A DNA stretch of 64,000 nt from Pseudomonadota bacterium (GTDB lineage: Bacteria > Pseudomonadota > Gammaproteobacteria > Burkholderiales > Burkholderiaceae_C). The translations under genes were made by a program, and so were the position numbers. Below are positions 55,193 through 64,000 of this stretch, one piece after another (positions within the stretch are counted from its first letter, which is position 1; every line of letters starts with the position of its first letter). The notes beneath the pieces are model-generated. The model saw only the letters and a program-made list of their open reading frames with translations, did not search any database and had not been told where the DNA came from. The stretch is from positions 8,234-72,233 of the forward strand of contig JABBOE010000001.1 in the NCBI GenBank assembly GCA_019351955.1, written 5' to 3'.

Positions 55193-57706
55193 TCAGCGCA
55201 TGGCGATCACTCGGTTGCGGCCCTGGCGCTTGGCTTCGTAGAGGCTGTCGTCAGCCTCGGTCAGGACACGCACAATTTCGTCCTGGGGACCTTGCAACGT
55301 GCCGATGCCGATGCTGAGCGTGATATGCAGGCTGCGTTCGGAGACCAGGAATGGACGCTGGCCCACGCGGCTGCGCAGGACATCCATCGCCGCTGCCGCA
55401 GCGGCCGTGTTCATCCCGGGCAGCATGATGAGAAATTCCTCGCCGCCCCAACGCGCCACCCAACCGCCACGCGGCGCGCCCTGCCGCAGGGTCGTCGCCA
55501 TCTGGCGCAGCACGGCGTCGCCGGCGGAATGGCCGCATTCATCATTCACGAGCTTGAAATGGTCCAGATCGCACAGCGCCACGCTGAACGAGGCACCCCC
55601 ACGCCGCATGGCTTGGAGTGCCTCATCCATGCGCAGCTGCGCGGCGCGGCGGTTGAGCAGCCCTGTGAGACCGTCCGTGTAGGCCTGGCTGAGCAGGCTG
55701 TCGCGCTGGTTGCGGTCATAGAGCACTCGTGCAAACCAGGCAGCCAGCAGTTCCGCGTACTGGCAATCGGCAGGGTCGAAGTCATCGCCTTGTGGTGCAT
55801 CGCCCAGCAGCAGCAGACAGCCGAGGGTCTGGTGCGCCTGGGTCAAGGGCAACCGGATCACCGAGCCGACGCCCGAGGCGTCAGCCAGCCCCGGGTACCG
55901 GCTTGTGTCGGCGATCCACAGCGAGCCATCGGATTGATCGTCGCAGGCGCACAACGGGTGGTTGGCCGATAGCGTCTGGCCCTGCTTGAAGCGGCTATGC
56001 ACGTCCTGCACGTACAACATGTGGCATTGCTCATCCAAGCGCAGGCATATGATTGCTGCTTGAAGGCCAAGGGCGTCGCGGCCTTGCGCCAGCATGCGGG
56101 CAATGGGATCGGTGAGATTGGTATGGTGTGGATCCTCGCTCGCACCCGCGGCCAGCTCCCACAAGGTCTGCAGGCGTTGCGACTGTCGTTCCACGGCGCG
56201 CAGCAGGTTCTCGCGCTCGCTCACGTCGATGGCCAGACCGTGGATCACCTTTTCGCCCTGAGGCGTCATTTCGGCATGTTCGGCCAGCGAAAGCCAGACC
56301 GTGCCGCCATCCCGGCCACGGGTCCACACCAAGCGCCGCCCGCTGTCCGTTGCATTTGCATCGCCGGTGAGCGGCCCCTCCGCGGTGTTGAAGAGTTCAT
56401 CCCATTCGCGCCCGATCAGCCTGCGCGTGGGACGATGCAGCATGCGTGCAAAGCTCGAGTCGACCGCCACGAGCACGCCGTTGTGCGCCATGCGGGTGTA
56501 GGTGCCGGCCTGCGCGGCCTTGAGCAAGGTCTTTTCGCGGTTCCGGGCGAAGCGGCGCATCTGTTCACGTGAGCGCACCAATTTGCGCAGCAGCGCGTCA
56601 ATCTCGGCCACGCCGCTGCTGTGCAGCTCCTCGGCACGCACAAAATCCATCTGCTTGCGAATGCGCACCATGCGCCGCATGAAGTGGCGCATCAGCCAGT
56701 TGTAGAGCGCGAGCAGGAGAACCAATACGCCGGTGAGAAGAAAAAAGGGTAGCCTGACCTGGCGCCACCACATGGCGACGATGGCCGAGCGCGGGTATGA
56801 AAGAAAAGCCACCACCGGAAAGTTCTGCAGCCTCGCCCATGCTCCCTCGCGCTGCTGGCCGTCCACCGTCAACCCCTTGTACACGCCCGAGCTCGTCGTG
56901 CCGCCGCGCGCGAGCTCTTGCATCAGTGCGCCCGTGGTCCGGGTGCGGTAGACCGAGCCATCTCCCCCGGGGTCCGGATCGCGGCTGATCAGCCAGCCGT
57001 CATCGCGCAGCAGGCCCATGGCCACGTTACGCTTGAGCGACAAGCCACGCCACAGTGCCTGTTGATGCTCCAGAAGCAAACTGGTCTGCACCACGAACCG
57101 CACATCCCCGCCTGCAGTGCGTACTGCGTAGCGCAACGGGATGAACCACTGTCCAAGCAGCATTCCGTATTGCGGCCGGCCAATGCTCAAGCCCTGCCTG
57201 CCGAGGGCTAGTGCGAAATCCTGGCGATAGTCCGCATAGGCAGGATTGACCATCACGTTGGGAAGCGCGCCAACCTTGGAGCCCGCCGTGCTGATCACAA
57301 TCTGCCCGTTGGGCAGGATGACGCTGGCGCCACCAAGTCCGGGGTGGTGCTCCTTGAAGCTTTGCAGGGCGGCCGCCATGCCCACGGAATCATTCGGCGC
57401 GCCGAGACTTTGCAGCACATCGCCGAGCTGTTGCAAATTGTCCTGGAGCCGTAAAAATGTGGTGTCCGCGTTCAGGGCGAGCAAGGTGGCCGTGAGCTGG
57501 GTGCGGTCTTCCTGGGCGCGTCGCATGTTCTCCCACGAGGACCATAACCACAAGCTGACCAGCACAGCAAACAGTGCCGCAGCGCCCCCGAGCAGGCGCC
57601 AGCCCAGGTGCGCCAATGTTGGCGCCCTCGGGCGTGACGGCTTGCGAGTCCGAGGCGCCGCTGAGGGCGCAGTCGGTACAAGCGGAAGGGTGGCTGGCTC
57701 GTCCAT
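55193..57706 (-). CDS. multi-sensor diguanylate cyclase (periplasmic sensor, PAS-like, GAF-like, GGDEF)
   Basis: ORF trimmed to ATG 57706. Two TM segments flank a region of about 250 aa that is probably periplasmic. C-terminal GGDEF domain with active-site RWGGEEF. The usual RxxD inhibitory site five residues upstream is absent (PRGGW). Confidence 0.8.
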   Translation of the reverse strand: MDEPATLPLVPTAPSAAPRTRKPSRPRAPTLAHLGWRLLGGAAALFAVLVSLWLWSSWENMRRAQEDRTQLTATLLALNADTTFLRLQDNLQQLGDVLQSLGAPNDSVGMAAALQSFKEHHPGLGGASVILPNGQIVISTAGSKVGALPNVMVNPAYADYRQDFALALGRQGLSIGRPQYGMLLGQWFIPLRYAVRTAGGDVRFVVQTSLLLEHQQALWRGLSLKRNVAMGLLRDDGWLISRDPDPGGDGSVYRTRTTGALMQELARGGTTSSGVYKGLTVDGQQREGAWARLQNFPVVAFLSYPRSAIVAMWWRQVRLPFFLLTGVLVLLLALYNWLMRHFMRRMVRIRKQMDFVRAEELHSSGVAEIDALLRKLVRSREQMRRFARNREKTLLKAAQAGTYTRMAHNGVLVAVDSSFARMLHRPTRRLIGREWDELFNTAEGPLTGDANATDSGRRLVWTRGRDGGTVWLSLAEHAEMTPQGEKVIHGLAIDVSERENLLRAVERQSQRLQTLWELAAGASEDPHHTNLTDPIARMLAQGRDALGLQAAIICLRLDEQCHMLYVQDVHSRFKQGQTLSANHPLCACDDQSDGSLWIADTSRYPGLADASGVGSVIRLPLTQAHQTLGCLLLLGDAPQGDDFDPADCQYAELLAAWFARVLYDRNQRDSLLSQAYTDGLTGLLNRRAAQLRMDEALQAMRRGGASFSVALCDLDHFKLVNDECGHSAGDAVLRQMATTLRQGAPRGGWVARWGGEEFLIMLPGMNTAAAAAAMDVLRSRVGQRPFLVSERSLHITLSIGIGTLQGPQDEIVRVLTEADDSLYEAKRQGRNRVIAMR

Positions 57707-57939
57707 AGGGGTCTGCAGGCCCCGCGCACCGGACACATCCGGGATGGATGGACGGCGATGTACAGGCTTGCGGCCATTATTGGGAAAGAAAATCCCGAAG
57801 AGGCGCGCAAAGCGCAAAGAAATCGCACGGTTCGTGAACAGGTTCACGAAAGAAGCGTTTTCTGATCCCCACCGGCAGGCTTGTTCTCGGACATCCTGAG
57901 CCGCCACGCACGGGGCGGCCCCTTGGTCCCCAATCCGGT

Positions 57940-59055
57940 TCAGCGCTGCCCGATGCTGGTATCGGCAAAAACGCCGCGCGCCTCGCGCGGCTCGCTGCGC
58001 CAGTATTGCGGGGGCACCTTGACCGAGGCCCCGAGCGCGGCCGCTGCGTGCCAGGGCCAGCGCGGATCCCAAAGCATCGCGCGGGCAAGGGCAACCATGT
58101 CGGCATGGCCCTCTTGCACGATGGCCTCTGCCTGATGCGGCTCAGTGATCAGGCCAACGGCCATTGTCGGCAAACCGGTAGCGCCGCGTATGGCTTGCGC
58201 CAGCGGAACCTGGTAGCCGGGGCCGATCGGAATGCTCTGCAAGGGCGAAATGCCGCCCGAAGACACGTCGATCCATGCGCAGCCGCGCTGCTTGAGTTGT
58301 TCGGCAAAGCCGGTCGTCTGCTCCAGATCCCATCCGCCATCGACCCAGTCCGTCGCGGATACCCGCACGCCAACGGGAATCGACGCTGGCAGCGCTGCGC
58401 GCACGGCGTCAAACACTTCCAGTGGATAGCGCATGCGGTTGGCGACATTGCCTCCATAGGCGTCAATGCGGCGGTTCGCGATTGGCGACAGAAACTGGTG
58501 CAACAGATAGCCATGTGCGCAATGCAACTCCACCGCCTGCAAGCCCAGGCGCGCCGCGCGCGTGGCCGCGTCGACGAAGGCCTGGCGGATACGCACCAGC
58601 CCATCGGCGTCCAGCGCCAGTGGCGGCGCCTCGTGCTGCCCATGCGGGATCGCCGAGGGTGCCACGCTTGGCCACCCGCCTTGCTCCGGCGCAAGCAATT
58701 GCCCACCGTCCCAGGGCCTTGCGCTCGATGCCTTGCGCCCAGCATGCGAAAGCTGGATGCCGATGGGCAAGTCGCTGAAGTTGCGCACATCATCCAGCAC
58801 GGCGTGCAGCGCACGTTCGTTTGCGTCGGAATACAACCCGAGGCAGCCCGGTGTGATCCGCCCGACCGCCTCAACGGCCGTGGCCTCAATGATCAGCAAC
58901 CCGGCACCACTTTGCGCCATTTGCCCCAGGTGCACCCGATGCCAAGCCGTTGCCCCGCCATGTTCGGCGCTGTACTGACACATCGGACTGACGATGATTC
59001 GATTGGCCAGCGATAGCGGGCCGAGTTGAAATGCGGAAAACAGGTGTGAACTCAT
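57940..59055 (-). CDS. NADH:flavin oxidoreductase, Old Yellow Enzyme family
   Basis: ORF trimmed to ATG 59055. LANRIIVSPMCQYS and VELHCAHGYLLHQFLSP motifs. 371 aa. Confidence 0.85.
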   Translation of the reverse strand: MSSHLFSAFQLGPLSLANRIIVSPMCQYSAEHGGATAWHRVHLGQMAQSGAGLLIIEATAVEAVGRITPGCLGLYSDANERALHAVLDDVRNFSDLPIGIQLSHAGRKASSARPWDGGQLLAPEQGGWPSVAPSAIPHGQHEAPPLALDADGLVRIRQAFVDAATRAARLGLQAVELHCAHGYLLHQFLSPIANRRIDAYGGNVANRMRYPLEVFDAVRAALPASIPVGVRVSATDWVDGGWDLEQTTGFAEQLKQRGCAWIDVSSGGISPLQSIPIGPGYQVPLAQAIRGATGLPTMAVGLITEPHQAEAIVQEGHADMVALARAMLWDPRWPWHAAAALGASVKVPPQYWRSEPREARGVFADTSIGQR

Positions 59056-59555
59056 AGAACGCTTCGTGGACTGCGGGAAAAGGCCCCCTGATGTTGAGCC
59101 ATCGGATATCGCACCGCAACATTCTCGGCGTCTTGCGCCAAAATTGCACGGCACCCTGCCTCCGGAGATCCGGATCCCGACCGCGGGCGAAGCCGGAAGC
59201 TCGCCCGCCAATGTAATTGAACGCAAGGATCGTAACGATGCAGTATCCACGTCGACCCATCCGCACCGCGACCCGCGATCCGCGATCCGTCCGGAGCCTG
59301 TGTCCACGATGCCGGCGCAATCGCATTGGCGGTGCCGACCCCCCGCCCAAGGCAAAGATTCAGCTTTCAGAAGGCCTTAAGGCCCGGCGCCCACAATCGG
59401 GCTGTCCACGTTATCGCAGAGCCGTTCCCAAGGTTGGGTTGCTGGCCTTTGCATAAATGGTGCTCTGCACAAAAGCGCGCGTATGCTGCGTATGCTTTGA
59501 TTCGCGTGCAAGAACAAGATCGCCGAACTCGAACCATTCCAACCAGGAGATTCCC

Positions 59556-60353
59556 ATGCAAATCACCCAGACCAGTTTGCAAGGCAAGACTGCCCTCATC
59601 ACTGGCGCCGCCAGCGGCATCGGCAAGAACATGGCACTTGTGTTCGCCAAGGCGGGCTGCGCGGTCGCGGTGGCCGACCTGAACCAAACCGGTGCCGATG
59701 CCACAGCCAAGGAGATTGTGGACGCCGGCGGACGGGCGGTGGGCGTTGCCATGGATGTCACCAACGAAGACCAGGTGAATGCCGGCTTCGACAAAGCCGT
59801 GGCTGCGCTTGGACCGATCGACATTTTGGTGTCCAACGCCGGCATTCAGATCGTCAACCCGATCGAGGACTACGCCTTCGCCGACTGGAAAAAGATGCTG
59901 GCCATTCATCTCGACGGGGGCTTCCTCACAACCAAGGCGGCGCTGAAAAGCATGTATCGGGATCAACGCGGGGGCGTGGTCATCTACATGGGCTCGGTGC
60001 ACTCGCATGAGGCCTCCAAGCTCAAGAGCGCTTACGTCGCGGCCAAACATGGTCTTTTGGGCCTGGCGAGGGTTCTGGCCAAGGAGGGCGGACCGAAAGG
60101 CGTACGCTCCCACGTGATTTGCCCCGGCTTCGTGCGCACGCCGTTGGTCGACAAGCAGATCCCGGAGCAAGCCAAGGAGCTTGGCATCACGGAGGACCAG
60201 GTGATCAAAAACGTGATGCTCAAGGACACTGTGGACGGCGAGTTCACCACGGTGGACGATGTGGCGCAAACCGCGCTGTTCCTGGCCGCCTTCCCCACAG
60301 CGGCGCTTACGGGCCAGTCCATCATCGTCAGCCACGGTTGGTGCATGCAGTGA
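59556..60353 (+). CDS. bdhA: 3-hydroxybutyrate dehydrogenase (classical SDR)
   Basis: ORF trimmed to ATG 59556, preceded by [21 protein letters not shown] and YVAAKHG (YxxxK) motifs. BdhA-type C-terminus [19 protein letters not shown]...SHGWCMQ. Confidence 0.85.
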   Translation: MQITQTSLQGKTALITGAASGIGKNMALVFAKAGCAVAVADLNQTGADATAKEIVDAGGRAVGVAMDVTNEDQVNAGFDKAVAALGPIDILVSNAGIQIVNPIEDYAFADWKKMLAIHLDGGFLTTKAALKSMYRDQRGGVVIYMGSVHSHEASKLKSAYVAAKHGLLGLARVLAKEGGPKGVRSHVICPGFVRTPLVDKQIPEQAKELGITEDQVIKNVMLKDTVDGEFTTVDDVAQTALFLAAFPTAALTGQSIIVSHGWCMQ

Positions 60354-61636
60354 GTACGCCCACAGCGCGCAAACGCACGGCGGCAGCAGCCAAAACTGCC
60401 GCGCCTGTCAAAGCATCAGGTCACGGCTCCACGCGCCCTGATGCCACCAAGACCCATGGCGGTGGCAACGGCCCGACGGCTGTGGCATCCGGGGACTTGC
60501 GCTCCAATGTGGCCGCCTATGAGGAAATCGCCTTGGTTTTGCAAGGTGGTGGCGCCCTCGGCGCCTACCAGGCCGGCGTCGTGCAAGGTCTGACGGACGC
60601 GGGCATCCACCCAACTTGGGTAGCCGGCATTTCCATTGGCTCGATTCACTGCGCCATCATCGCCGGCAATCCACCGCACCGCCGCGCCGAGCGCCTGCGC
60701 GAGTTCTGGCACAGAGTGACGCAGCCCCCCCTGCTGCCCCCCACGCTGTGGGAGCAGGAACCTTGGGTGTCGATGCTGCCCGAGGAGGCCTTGCCCTGGA
60801 TGGCCCCGCTGCAAAGCCTGCGTGCACTGGCGGAGGGCCAACGGGGCTTTTTCGTCCCGCGCGCGGTGCCCGGCATCGGGCCGGACCAAGCCAGCGTCTA
60901 TGACACAGGGCCCTTGCGGGCAACCCTTGAGGAATTGGTGGATTTCGATCTGCTCAACAGTGGCGCCGTGCGTGTTTCGGTTGGCGCGGTCAATCTGCGC
61001 ACGGGCAACCTCGAGTACTTCGACACCACCGAGCAGCGCCTGGGTCCCGAGCACTTCATGGCATCCGGAGCACTGCCGCCGGGCTTTCCTGCCGTGCGCA
61101 TCGGTGACGATTTGTACTGGGATGGCGGCCTCGTTTCCAACACACCGCTGTCGCAGATCTTGGGTGGACACCCATGCGCGCATACCCTCGTGTTTCAGGT
61201 GGACCTGTGGAGCGCTGCCGGCGAGCCCCCACGAAGCTTGGCTGACGTGGCGAGCCGTGTGAAGGACATCCAGTACTCCAGCCGCACCCGCGCCGTCACC
61301 GACGTGTTGCATCGTGCGCATGAACAGCGCAACGTGCTGCGCAGCCTTCTGGAGCGCATCCCAGCCGAGGTTCGCAAACAGGATGCGCTGTGCGCCGAAG
61401 TGGAAGAGATGGCGCGTGACAAGCGCTATACCGTCATTCACTTGATCTACGGTGACAAGCCTTTTGACGGCCAGGACAAGGATTTTCAATTCGGCCGCGG
61501 CAGCATGCGAGCGCATTGGAACTGCGGCTTGCGCATCGTGGAAGGTACCTTGGCCCACCCAAAGTGGTTCGCCCTACCGGACGCCGACCACCCCTTCGTG
61601 ACGCACGACGTACACCAGGAACGCACGAAAGCTTGA
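60350..61636 (+). CDS. patatin-like phospholipase family protein (with a DUF3734-like C-terminal region)
   Basis: GTG 60350 overlaps the bdhA stop (GTGA); GTG 60341 is an alternative. Oxyanion motif [14 protein letters not shown], nucleophile elbow GISIGS and DGG motif (YWDGGLVSN). Confidence 0.8.
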   Translation: MSTPTARKRTAAAAKTAAPVKASGHGSTRPDATKTHGGGNGPTAVASGDLRSNVAAYEEIALVLQGGGALGAYQAGVVQGLTDAGIHPTWVAGISIGSIHCAIIAGNPPHRRAERLREFWHRVTQPPLLPPTLWEQEPWVSMLPEEALPWMAPLQSLRALAEGQRGFFVPRAVPGIGPDQASVYDTGPLRATLEELVDFDLLNSGAVRVSVGAVNLRTGNLEYFDTTEQRLGPEHFMASGALPPGFPAVRIGDDLYWDGGLVSNTPLSQILGGHPCAHTLVFQVDLWSAAGEPPRSLADVASRVKDIQYSSRTRAVTDVLHRAHEQRNVLRSLLERIPAEVRKQDALCAEVEEMARDKRYTVIHLIYGDKPFDGQDKDFQFGRGSMRAHWNCGLRIVEGTLAHPKWFALPDADHPFVTHDVHQERTKA

Positions 61637-61720
61637 GCGCACTGGCCTGGCGCTCGGTCTTCCGGACGGAGAAGCACAAGGTCCGGGACCGAACATTGGA
61701 AGCGCGGGCTGCTGCGTGAC

Positions 61721-61749
61721 GACGCCAGGGGTTCGCAGCCCTTGGCGTC
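61721..61749. terminator. stem-loop between the convergent patatin-like gene and rep
   Basis: GACGCCAGGGG-TTCGCAG-CCCTTGGCGTC forms a 10-bp stem with one mismatch. There is no clear U-tract on either strand. Confidence 0.35.
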
Positions 61750-61763
61750 CTGGATGCGCGCGA

Positions 61764-63746
61764 TCAGTTGGCTTCCGCCGGCACGTCTGTTTTGCGCGCC
61801 TTCAGTGCGGCGATACGCGCAAGCGCTGCCGCGCGGCCATCAGTCTTCGGCAGTTCGGCTCGCAAGTCGGCAAGAAAACGGCTGGGTTCGGGGCTGCGGC
61901 TGCTGCGGCCGGCCGCACGGCGCTTGCGGCAGTGGGACAGAACCAAGGTTTGGCGTGCACGGGTCACCCCGACGTACATCAGGCGACGCTCCTCCTCCAG
62001 AGCGCTGTCCGTCAGGGGTCGATCTTCTGTAAAGAAGGGCAGCAGGCCTTCCTCGCAGCCCGCCAGAATGACATGCTGCCATTCCAAGCCCTTGGCTGCG
62101 TGCAGCGTGGACAGCGCAACGGCATCCTGCTGATCGCCACGCTCGGCCAGCTGTGTGATGAGTGCCACCGTCTGCGCCATGCGCTTCAAACTGGCCCCGT
62201 CTTCCTCGGCTTTGCGCGTGATCCAGTCACAAAAGTCGCCCACATTGCTCCAGCGCTGGCTTGCCTCGCGCTCGTTGTCGGCTGTCTCGCGCAGGTGCGC
62301 CTCAAAACCGATGCTGGCCAGGAGCTCGCGCAGCAAGGGACCCGCCGGCTCCGTGCGTTCGCGCCATTCGATATCGTGCATCAGGCGCGCGAACTCGCGA
62401 AGGCCCTCGGCATGACGTGGCCCCACGACTGTCGGCAACGCCTCACGAAACAAAGCCTCGAATAGCGACACCTTCCACTGGGATGCGAAAGCCCCCAGGC
62501 TCTTGAGCGTGGCGGCACCGATGCCGCGCTTGGGCGTGGTGACGGCTCGCAAAAAAGCCGGATCATCGTCGGGATTCGCCAGCAGGCGCAGATAGGCGCA
62601 GACATCCTTGATCTCGGCCCGGTCAAAAAAGCTCTGCCCGCCGCTGACCACATATGGGATGTTGGCGCGCCGCAGCGCCTGCTCGATCGGGCGTGACTGG
62701 TGATTGGCACGATAGAGCACGGCAATATCGGAGAGCTTGGCACCGCGTCCGCCACGCAGCGCCTGGATGCGCGCGACGATGCGCTCCGCCTCGTCGTCGT
62801 CGCTGTCGGCCTCGCGCACCTCCACCGCATCACCCTCGCCGTGGTCGCTCCATAACTGCTTCGGGTAGAGCTTCGGATTGGCAGCGATCACCGCATTGGC
62901 CGCGCGCAGAATGGCGTTGGTCGAACGATAGTTCTGCTCAAGCTTGATCACCTCAAGCTTGGGGTAATCCAAAGGCAACTGGCGCAGGTTATCGAGCGTG
63001 GCGCCGCGCCAGCCATAGATACTCTGATCGTCGTCGCCAACCGCGGTGAACCGCCCCTGCTCACCAGCCAGCAGCTTGAGCAGCTTGTACTGCGCTTCGC
63101 TCGTGTCCTGGTATTCATCCACCAGCAAATAACGCAGGCGCGCATTCCAGCGTGCCCGCACGTCAGGATGCTCCTGCAACAGGCGCAGCGGCAGCACCAT
63201 CAGATCGTCGAAATCCACGGCCTGGTAAGCCGCCAGTTGCTCCGCGTAGCGCAACCACACTTTGGCCGCCTGCGCGTCTTCGGGCGTCTGAGCCTGGCTT
63301 GCGGCGGATTGCGGGTCGAGAAGGGCGCTCTTCCATTGGCTGATCCGCCATTGCCAGGCCCGGGCGAGCTTGGCGTCTGTGGTGCCCCCGGCTTCGCGAA
63401 TGAGGCTGGCCACGTCGTCCATGTCCAGAATGGAAAACTGGGGCTTGAGCCCGAGCGCCTGGCCATCCTCGCGCAGCATGCGTACGCCCAAGGCGTGAAA
63501 GGTGGCAATCACCAGGTCCTTGGCCGCCTTGCGGTCGTCGAGCAGGGTCCTGGCGCGCTCGCGCATCTCCGCTGCGGCTTTGTTGGTGAACGTGATCGCG
63601 GCGATCTCACCCGGCGCATAGCCGGCCTTGAGCAAGCGAGCGATCTTGTGAGTGATCACCCGCGTCTTGCCACTGCCGGCGCCGGCGATCACCAGACAGG
63701 GGCCGCTCAACTGCGAAACAGCACGGTCCTGGGCGGCATTGAGCAT
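61764..63746 (-). CDS. rep: ATP-dependent DNA helicase Rep (UvrD/Rep superfamily 1)
   Basis: 660 aa. Walker A AGAGSGKT, then LLVDEYQDT, and the remaining UvrD/Rep helicase motifs. The length fits Rep rather than UvrD. Confidence 0.88.
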   Translation of the reverse strand: MLNAAQDRAVSQLSGPCLVIAGAGSGKTRVITHKIARLLKAGYAPGEIAAITFTNKAAAEMRERARTLLDDRKAAKDLVIATFHALGVRMLREDGQALGLKPQFSILDMDDVASLIREAGGTTDAKLARAWQWRISQWKSALLDPQSAASQAQTPEDAQAAKVWLRYAEQLAAYQAVDFDDLMVLPLRLLQEHPDVRARWNARLRYLLVDEYQDTSEAQYKLLKLLAGEQGRFTAVGDDDQSIYGWRGATLDNLRQLPLDYPKLEVIKLEQNYRSTNAILRAANAVIAANPKLYPKQLWSDHGEGDAVEVREADSDDDEAERIVARIQALRGGRGAKLSDIAVLYRANHQSRPIEQALRRANIPYVVSGGQSFFDRAEIKDVCAYLRLLANPDDDPAFLRAVTTPKRGIGAATLKSLGAFASQWKVSLFEALFREALPTVVGPRHAEGLREFARLMHDIEWRERTEPAGPLLRELLASIGFEAHLRETADNEREASQRWSNVGDFCDWITRKAEEDGASLKRMAQTVALITQLAERGDQQDAVALSTLHAAKGLEWQHVILAGCEEGLLPFFTEDRPLTDSALEEERRLMYVGVTRARQTLVLSHCRKRRAAGRSSRSPEPSRFLADLRAELPKTDGRAAALARIAALKARKTDVPAEAN

Positions 63747-63790
63747 GGGGTCAGGTCAGAGGGGCTAAACAAGCGTCAGAAACAGGTCTT

Positions 63791-63817
63791 CCTGCGTGGC
63801 ATATCCGGCCACGCAGG
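63791..63817 (-). terminator. probable intrinsic terminator of the GST-like gene
   Basis: CCTGCGTGGC-ATATCCG-GCCACGCAGG forms a perfect 10-bp stem 24 nt after the stop. On the minus strand it is followed by a moderately U-rich stretch (AAGACCUGUUUCUGACGCUUGUUU). Confidence 0.45.
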
Positions 63818-63840
63818 GCGTCGATTGCAAGGAAGACAGG

Positions 63841-64000
63841 CTAGGTCCAGTCGGGCCGCAACCGATACGGCTCGTCGGCCACGATGAAATCATGTTCGGC
63901 GCGCGCTTCGTCGCACCACTGGCGTACGGCCGGCAGGTCAAGCACGCGTTGCGCGTAGGCCGCTGCCGCGTCCGGAAGCCTGGGAGCATACGTACGAAAC
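63841..64000 (-). CDS. glutathione S-transferase-like protein, C-terminal fragment (5' end lies outside the window)
   Basis: The minus-strand frame reads FRTYAPRLPDAAAAYAQRVLDLPAVRQWCDEARAEHDFIVADEPYRLRPDWT*. It resembles the C-termini of YfcF-type GSTs. The family call is weak because only 52 aa are visible. Confidence 0.4.
   Translation of the reverse strand, partial: FRTYAPRLPDAAAAYAQRVLDLPAVRQWCDEARAEHDFIVADEPYRLRPDWT

Overview
High-GC chromosomal segment (by eye roughly 65% GC, not computed). Gene content and protein style look betaproteobacterial, Burkholderiales/Comamonadaceae-like; this is inference from the proteins, no search was run. Positions 1-19.6 kb are a surface-polysaccharide (O-antigen-type) locus with five parts. 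(a) CDP-3,6-dideoxyhexose genes rfbF(partial)-rfbG-rfbH, one SDR and a translationally coupled split transketolase pair. (b) A GtrA-like / polyprenyl-phosphate GT2 / large polytopic membrane protein trio, visibly AT-rich. (c) A GDP-D-rhamnose module (gmd-rmd) with a 792-aa two-domain glycosyltransferase and a GT4. (d) An inverted, AT-rich block of GT2, coiled-coil protein and GT2. (e) A multiply frameshifted IS5-family transposase relic, followed by galE. The rest is housekeeping. It holds glyA behind a ZTP (pfl) riboswitch, a lytic transglycosylase, ubiD, a 1346-aa DUF748/AsmA-like protein, msrA, dsbG-like, pdxH and chaC. A solo IS605-family tnpB element sits against chaC, followed by gltD-gltB and an IS200/RAYT-like protein whose HUH motif is lost. 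Next come a pabB-pabC fusion and a TPP-riboswitch-led thiC-thiO-thiS-thiG-thiD/E string. Then DUF924, nhaA, ppa, a BON lipoprotein, a DiaA/GmhA SIS protein, rsmI, a multi-sensor GGDEF protein, an OYE flavoreductase, bdhA coupled to a patatin-like lipase, rep, and a partial GST-like gene. I saw no rRNA, tRNA or CRISPR array. Many long ORFs in the track are antisense or off-frame artefacts of high GC and were discarded. The most unusual content is the transketolase-containing CDP-sugar pathway joined to a Gtr/Arn-type periplasmic glycosylation module. Second is the pair of IS200/IS605-related relics flanking gltBD.
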